Origin: a virus
Lineage: Duplodnaviria > Caudoviricetes
Length of the DNA stretch: 38,962 nt
Strand: one strand, 5' to 3'
Virus record (IMG/VR): IMGVR_UViG_3300046710_000155
Span: 1 to 38,962 of that record
Notes under the pieces: model-generated
Told to the model about the DNA's origin: nothing
Databases searched by the model: none
Seen by the model: the letters and a program-made list of their open reading frames with translations, nothing else
In this document: positions 33,913 through 38,962 of the stretch, one piece after another
Layout of the letters: the number at the start of each line of letters is the position of its first letter
How positions within the stretch are numbered: position 1 is the first letter of the stretch
Made by a program: the position numbers and the translations under genes

Positions 33913-34482
33913 GTGGTTGACGAGAATAAAAGTGCTGGTTCAGAGGAATCAAAGGAAACTAATTCAGAGGGATTAGAAGAGAAGAAAACCTTTACGGCGG
34001 AAGATATCAAAGCGTTACAATTTGAAGCGAAAACCTACCGCAAAGAAAAAGCAGACTTGAAGAAGGATAGAGACGATTTTAAAGCTAAACTTGATGCTCT
34101 TGAAGCAGCAAAACTAACCGAAACTGAAAAGGATAAGTTAAGGATTGCTGAACTTGAAAAGAAACTTACCGATACGGATAACGCTATAAAGTCTAAGGAA
34201 ATTGACACTCTAATTGTAGAGGCAATCTCCGATAAAAACATTATAGATAAATCCACAGCTAAGTTACTCATCAAGAATGAGCTTGCAAGTGAGGAAGTGA
34301 TTGACAGTAAGGTTGTTGACAGGATAGTTGAAAAACTACTTAAAGATAAACCTTATCTTGTTAATTCTACAAATCTAAACCCTTCTCCAGGCAATTTTAA
34401 AAAACAGGATAACGAAGTTAGTAAAAAACCGTTAGATCAGTTAAATGATTTTATAAGTGGAAAGACAACCAAACTATCCTAA
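33913..34482 (+). CDS. Capsid scaffolding protein
   Basis: GTG after AAGGAG; EAKTYRK, KLTETEK, LLKDKPYL; upstream of capsid gene. Confidence 0.8.
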   Translation: MVDENKSAGSEESKETNSEGLEEKKTFTAEDIKALQFEAKTYRKEKADLKKDRDDFKAKLDALEAAKLTETEKDKLRIAELEKKLTDTDNAIKSKEIDTLIVEAISDKNIIDKSTAKLLIKNELASEEVIDSKVVDRIVEKLLKDKPYLVNSTNLNPSPGNFKKQDNEVSKKPLDQLNDFISGKTTKLS

Positions 34483-34505
34483 AGTAACTTGGAAGGAAAA
34501 TTAAG

Positions 34506-35393
34506 ATGGTAGATTTAAATTATCAAAATACTATTAACTTAGATGAGGGTGGATATTTAACAAGTGAAGGTTATTCCGCTACAATTCTAAAGTTAGTACA
34601 GAGTCAGTCAGTTGTTGAACCATTCCTTACTGTATATCCAATGAATCATAAAGTAGAGAATGTCAATACAATAGCGTCAAATGCATCTGCTTATTTTGTA
34701 GCGCAAGAAGCTGCTGTTAAACAGAAATCAGCATTTAAGTTCGGAACATTTAAAATGGAATTGCAGGAAATTGCAACAATAATTCCATTTACTGAAGATT
34801 GGGTAAAGTTTGCCAATGTACAGACTGCTGCACTGCTTCAGGAGGCTATTGTAAATGCAATAACCAAACTAATTGACCAGTCTATGCTTGGCTATGTTAC
34901 AAATCCTTGGCTTAATACAATCAGTGGAAGCATACCAGCAGGAAACATTATATCTACTGGCGCTGACTTACTGATTAAGTTGTCAAATGCTATGGGTAAA
35001 GTTGAAGAAGGGGACTATATACCTAATGGGTTTATCGCTCCGATATCAGCAAAGGCATCTCTTAGAAATTTGAGAGACTTAGACGGCCAGCCAATATTTC
35101 AGCCTGCTAACGCAACAGAACCCGCAACATTGTATGGGCAGCCTATTAGATTCTCAAGTAACATGATTGCTTCCGGCAGTCCTGCTGCAAAAGAAATTAT
35201 AGTAGGAGACTTTAAACAAGCATACAAGGGTAACGACGCAGCTATAGAATTTAAGATGTTAGATCAGGCCACTATTAATGTTGGTGGAACTCTTATAAAT
35301 CTTGCAGAGCAGGATATGGTTGCAATCAGAGCTAAGGTTTGGAAGGCTTTTAATGTACTTAGAGTAGACGCTTTTGCAAAGGTTTTACTTTAG
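34506..35393 (+). CDS. Major capsid protein (HK97 fold)
   Basis: GGYL, AYFV..E, LRNLRDLDGQPIF...TLYGQPI, IVGDF, QDMVAIRA. Confidence 0.93.
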   Translation: MVDLNYQNTINLDEGGYLTSEGYSATILKLVQSQSVVEPFLTVYPMNHKVENVNTIASNASAYFVAQEAAVKQKSAFKFGTFKMELQEIATIIPFTEDWVKFANVQTAALLQEAIVNAITKLIDQSMLGYVTNPWLNTISGSIPAGNIISTGADLLIKLSNAMGKVEEGDYIPNGFIAPISAKASLRNLRDLDGQPIFQPANATEPATLYGQPIRFSSNMIASGSPAAKEIIVGDFKQAYKGNDAAIEFKMLDQATINVGGTLINLAEQDMVAIRAKVWKAFNVLRVDAFAKVLL

Positions 35394-35463
35394 AAATTAG
35401 TTAGTGGATGGAGACAATCTCGAAATAAATAGTAGAGGTTGTCTCCTATAAAAAGGAGAAATT

Positions 35464-35526
35464 ATGGGAGGTAAACCAAACAAGGGAACTCCAAAAGATG
35501 GAAGATTAAAAGGGAATAAAAAATAA
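35464..35526 (+). CDS. 20-aa basic micropeptide
   Basis: MGGKPNKGTPKDGRLKGNKK with AAGGAG RBS. Confidence 0.55.
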   Translation: MGGKPNKGTPKDGRLKGNKK

Positions 35527-35578
35527 AGTTAGGGGTGGTAAGTTAAAAATTCCACCCCTCCCAAATTAAAGGGGACTT

Positions 35579-35872
35579 ATGAAAATAATAATCAACGCAA
35601 CAAACATAATAGAGGACAGGCCATTAAGGGAAGTTGAACGGCTTATTAATTTAGGCAAGGCTCATTTACCGGAAAAACTGGCAGTATCTTTTCCAGGGTA
35701 TATTCCGAGTAATCTTGATGAAAAACCTTATAGATCAGAAATAACTTATGAAGATTTAGACGAATTAAATATATTCAGGGAGATTGATCTTATAGAACCT
35801 ATTCCCATAGATCATTATGTAGATTTTGATGAGCCTACTAAAAAACCTAAAAAAACTAAGAAAAAATTATAG
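35579..35872 (+). CDS. Putative small head-associated protein
   Basis: Follows capsid gene; RLINLGKAH motif and Lys-rich tail. Confidence 0.6.
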   Translation: MKIIINATNIIEDRPLREVERLINLGKAHLPEKLAVSFPGYIPSNLDEKPYRSEITYEDLDELNIFREIDLIEPIPIDHYVDFDEPTKKPKKTKKKL

Positions 35873-37180
35873 ATGAAGCTTATTTTAAACGTTGACTGTA
35901 ATATATTCCCAGACCGTAAAAAAGCCGGCGATGAAGTTGATATACCTGATAACTTGGCAATGCGATGGATAAATGCAGGCCGAGCACATTACCCTGGATA
36001 TTGGGAATTTAGGAAAACAAGCGAATTTAAGCATATCTCTAAACAACGTCAGTCTGAGGCATTAAATCTAAACATAATCTGCTCTGGTCTAATGTATGGT
36101 TATTCTGGTTTTGCAGAAGCAATGAGAAATATAGCGTATTCGTTATATATGAAAGGTTGCTATGTTTCAGTCCAGCCACACGACCACGTTAGCAGTGATA
36201 TTCTAAACACCGAAAAGGGCAGAGTTATCAATATGCTGCAAACTTCTACCCTCAAAAATGACTATAAATCTGTACGCATTACAATGACATCCCCTTTAGG
36301 TGTTGTGCATAAAAGTAATGAATACCGTATAGGTTATGTAATGTTTGAAACACAGGAGACCCCGAAAGTCTTTATTGATTCACTGATGATAAACACAGAT
36401 GAATTGTGGGTTCCTTCAACTTTTAACTTAAATAATTTTACTAAAGCAGGTTATACACACCCTATATTTACCATGCCTTTAGGTGTTGACATAGACAGGT
36501 TTAATCCTGATACAGTCAAGCCTCTAAACATTGGAGTAGAGAATAAGTTTACATTCCTATCTATTATGGGTTGGAGTGCAAGAAAAGGTGTAGATATCCT
36601 CATGGAGGCATATTTAAGAGAATTTAGCGCAAGCGATAATACTATTTTGTATTTAAAAGGTGGCTGGTATACACCTGAGAAAGCAAGAAACGAAGTTAAC
36701 CAGATAATATCTAAAATAGGTAAAGTAGACCCTCCTGAAATTAAGATTGATTTTAACCTTTATAACGATACGCAGTTGCCAGGATTATATAAAAGCGCTG
36801 ATTGTTTTGTGCTTCCAAGTTTAGGTGAAGGCTGGGGCTTGGATTATACAGAGGCAATGGCTATGGGCTTACCTACTATAGGAACCAGAGCAACAAGTCA
36901 GTTAGATTTTATGAATGATAAGAATAGTTTTTTAATCGATGTTGCAGAATATAGACCTGAGCCTGCCACTTGGTGGATTTGCCCTCAATATAAGGATGAA
37001 GATTTTGCAATACCTTCAATGGCACATTTACAGCAATTACTTCGTCAAGTTTATACCGATAAAGAATTAACTGATAAAAGAGGCAAGCAGGCAAGAAAAG
37101 ATATGATTAAGAAATGGCAGTGGAAATTTGCGGCTCAAAAATGGTATGCAAGATTAAAGGATTTGGAGGCTAATTTATAA
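35873..37180 (+). CDS. GT-B fold (GT4-like) glycosyltransferase with small N-terminal extra domain
   Basis: SGFAEA.R, RKGVDIL, ADCFVLPSLGEGWGL...EAMAMGLP.I. Confidence 0.92.
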   Translation: MKLILNVDCNIFPDRKKAGDEVDIPDNLAMRWINAGRAHYPGYWEFRKTSEFKHISKQRQSEALNLNIICSGLMYGYSGFAEAMRNIAYSLYMKGCYVSVQPHDHVSSDILNTEKGRVINMLQTSTLKNDYKSVRITMTSPLGVVHKSNEYRIGYVMFETQETPKVFIDSLMINTDELWVPSTFNLNNFTKAGYTHPIFTMPLGVDIDRFNPDTVKPLNIGVENKFTFLSIMGWSARKGVDILMEAYLREFSASDNTILYLKGGWYTPEKARNEVNQIISKIGKVDPPEIKIDFNLYNDTQLPGLYKSADCFVLPSLGEGWGLDYTEAMAMGLPTIGTRATSQLDFMNDKNSFLIDVAEYRPEPATWWICPQYKDEDFAIPSMAHLQQLLRQVYTDKELTDKRGKQARKDMIKKWQWKFAAQKWYARLKDLEANL

Positions 37181-37182
37181 TT

Positions 37183-37383
37183 ATGGCAGATATAAGCAAT
37201 ATATTTATAACCGTAGAACTTAAAGAAGGCTTAATTTTTAAGATAATAAAGCATCAACCTTTTACTTTTATTTGTAGGTATATACCCTATAAATGGGTTC
37301 AGTGGCTCATATCTAAAAGCATTCAATATAGAGTGAGCAAGCATGGTAAATGGTATAAGTTAGATTTGGAATTTGAGGATTAA
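37183..37383 (+). CDS. Hypothetical protein
   Basis: ORF only. Confidence 0.5.
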   Translation: MADISNIFITVELKEGLIFKIIKHQPFTFICRYIPYKWVQWLISKSIQYRVSKHGKWYKLDLEFED

Positions 37384-37391
37384 TTTATAAC

Positions 37392-37420
37392 TTGACATAT
37401 TGCAATCATTATGTAATGAT
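37392..37420 (+). promoter_or_regulatory. Cassette promoter F (variant)
   Basis: TTGACA-tattgcaatcattatgt-AATGAT; first 16 nt identical to promoter A. Confidence 0.6.
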
Positions 37421-37426
37421 ATACTT

Positions 37427-38146
37427 ATGGAAATAAATAAAATATATCAGGGTGATTGCTTAGAGTTAATGAAGCAGTTGCCCGATAAAAGTATCGACTT
37501 AGTTTTAACAGACCCTCCTTATGGAGTTACACAAAATTTACAAGATGTTTGTGTAGATATGTCTTTGTTTATTAATCATTACCCATCAGTAATATTCTCT
37601 CAGCAGCCCTTTACTGCAGATTTAGTTAGTGGTAATAAAAAGTTATTTAAGTATGAAATAATATGGGATAAGGTTCTAACTTCTGGATTTTTAAATGCTA
37701 ATATTATGCCCTTACGACGGCATGAAAATATTTTAATATTTGGCAAGGTTAAATATAATCCACAAAAAATAATGGGAGCAAAAAATCATAGTAAGGGTAC
37801 CCCGAAAGTTTGTAAAAATGAAAATTATGGGAATTATGATTTTATTGACAACGCTGATAAGTTAGGAGAATTAAAATATCCTAATTCAATTATTACTTTT
37901 TCTAAACCCCACCCATCCATAGCAAAACATAGAACAGAAAAACCGATAGATTTAATATTGTGGCTGTTAAAGACATATTCCGATGAGGGTGATTTAATCC
38001 TTGACCCTTTTATGGGCAGCGGTACAACCGCTTTAGCTTGTAAAATGTTAAATAGAAATTTTATTGGTTTTGAATTAGAACCAAAATATGTTGAGATAGC
38101 AAATAAGAGAATAGAAGATTTTAAACAACAATTAGTATTAACTTGA
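37427..38146 (+). CDS. DNA N6-adenine/N4-cytosine methyltransferase (beta class)
   Basis: IYQGDCL...TDPPY...HRTEKP...ILDPFMGSGTT. Confidence 0.93.
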   Translation: MEINKIYQGDCLELMKQLPDKSIDLVLTDPPYGVTQNLQDVCVDMSLFINHYPSVIFSQQPFTADLVSGNKKLFKYEIIWDKVLTSGFLNANIMPLRRHENILIFGKVKYNPQKIMGAKNHSKGTPKVCKNENYGNYDFIDNADKLGELKYPNSIITFSKPHPSIAKHRTEKPIDLILWLLKTYSDEGDLILDPFMGSGTTALACKMLNRNFIGFELEPKYVEIANKRIEDFKQQLVLT

Positions 38147-38171
38147 CAAACTGACATCTTTATATTATGAT
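38143..38171 (+). promoter_or_regulatory. Cassette promoter G
   Basis: TTGACA-aactgacatctttatat-TATGAT; overlaps methyltransferase stop codon. Confidence 0.85.
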
Positions 38172-38203
38172 ATAGTTACTATTTAATATAAAGGGGGCTG
38201 GGT

Positions 38204-38338
38204 ATGGATGATAAGGATAAGATAGTAAAAGTATTAGATAAATATGTAATACGTGAAATAGAGCCATCTTTTGGAGGCGAATACTTAATTAAATCTAACG
38301 ATTTAGCAGATGAAATAATTCAGGCGGTATCCAAATGA
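38204..38338 (+). CDS. 44-aa hypothetical protein (not in track), paralog of 38335-38553
   Basis: MDDKDKIVKVLDKY...LADEIIQAVSK. Confidence 0.65.
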   Translation: MDDKDKIVKVLDKYVIREIEPSFGGEYLIKSNDLADEIIQAVSK

Positions 38339-38553
38339 ATCTCAAAGATAGAATAGGGGAGTTTCAAGTTGAAATTGATAATATTCTTTTGCAAAAAGTA
38401 AATCTTCCAGTTAAGGAAATTGATAAGGATAAGATTGTTGAAGTGTTGGGAAAGTTTAGATATTATACAATAACTGAAAATTACAACGATAGTACAGATA
38501 TGCATATTAGTGTTTCATCTTTAACAGATGAAATAATAAAAGCGTTAAAATAA
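38335..38553 (+). CDS. Hypothetical protein
   Basis: DKDKIVEVLGKF...LTDEIIKALK; ATGA-coupled. Confidence 0.65.
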   Translation: MNLKDRIGEFQVEIDNILLQKVNLPVKEIDKDKIVEVLGKFRYYTITENYNDSTDMHISVSSLTDEIIKALK

Positions 38554-38574
38554 TATTACTAATTAATAGCAACA

Positions 38575-38663
38575 TGGGGCGCACAGGGGACGCAGTGGAA
38601 CGACAGAGAGAGATTAGCTAACTTTCAACTGCCATTTGCTAGGGTTCAACTCCCTACAGCCCA
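38575..38663 (+). ncRNA. tRNA/tmRNA-like RNA with T arm but no canonical D or anticodon arm
   Basis: T arm TAGGG-TTCAACT-CCCTA; imperfect acceptor TGGGGCG/CAGCCCA; long stem GCAGTGGAA/TTCAACTGC. Confidence 0.55.
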
Positions 38664-38691
38664 AATAATTTTAACAAATTAAATAGCAATT

Positions 38692-38718
38692 AAGCACTTC
38701 ATTTGAGGTGCTTTTTTT
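38692..38718 (+). terminator. Terminator closing cassette F/G
   Basis: aagcacttc-attt-gaggtgctt plus T-tract. Confidence 0.85.
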
Positions 38719-38734
38719 ATTGGATAAACAAACA

Positions 38735-38962
38735 ATGAAATACAATATAATGTCATTGGTAAGAGTAATAGGTGAAGCGGATATAAATTCAAATTCAGAG
38801 AGATGTGTAGAAATACCATTTGTATTTGATAATATGCCTGATCCTCCGGCCAAAATACTGGATGTAAGTTGTAGTTATAGTCAATTTATACTGGAAGCCG
38901 ACAGGCTGGGGTTTGACGCTTACGGTATAGACGTTAATGATTATGGAGTTGAATATAGCAAG
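38735..38962 (+). CDS. Class I SAM-dependent methyltransferase, 5' part (continues at contig start)
   Basis: MKYNIMS...ERCVEIPFV...KILDVSCSYS, open to the contig end. Confidence 0.8.
   Translation, partial: MKYNIMSLVRVIGEADINSNSERCVEIPFVFDNMPDPPAKILDVSCSYSQFILEADRLGFDAYGIDVNDYGVEYSK
38836..38962. repeat. 127-bp overlap with contig start
   Basis: Identical to 1-127. Confidence 0.95.

Noticed and set aside
28570-35393. Introns/inteins in terminase, portal or capsid; stop-codon reassignment
   Set aside because: Genes are uninterrupted and normal in size under the standard code; HNH genes are intergenic; no suppressor tRNA
37427-38146. Restriction-modification system
   Set aside because: No adjacent restriction endonuclease; orphan methyltransferase
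38575-38663. tRNA-Sec (TTCAA present)
   Set aside because: The TCA lies in a helix strand rather than a 7-nt anticodon loop; no long variable arm or extended D stem
832-38853. Minus-strand ORFs in the track
   Set aside because: Nearly all are antisense shadows of well-supported + strand genes or fall over RNA/terminator features, without recognisable motifs

Overview
Apparently complete, circular (~38.8 kb; 127-bp overlap between the contig ends) low-GC siphovirus genome with essentially all genes on the + strand. Gene order: terS-terL-portal-MuF-scaffold-HK97 capsid, a glycosyltransferase/methyltransferase block, head-tail and tail genes, three cell-wall/glycan hydrolases, a metallophosphoesterase, a non-coding structured region with tRNA-like genes, and an early region (Cro-like HTH, ERF, SSB, 3D-domain protein, DUF4373-type initiator with iterons, HNH, late regulator). 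No integrase or immunity module is visible. Most unusual features: (1) an 80-nt alanylatable-looking mini-tmRNA with no mRNA-like domain, plus two other anticodon-defective tRNA mimics and atypical tRNA-Met and tRNA-Thr genes; (2) a series of self-contained promoter-to-terminator cassettes with near-identical boundary sequences inserted throughout the late operon; (3) a covarying RBS-sequestering RNA motif in front of both free-standing HNH genes; (4) a candidate virion glycosylation/methylation module; (5) a hairpin-dense non-coding array. All calls are by eye from motifs and synteny; no database searches were run.
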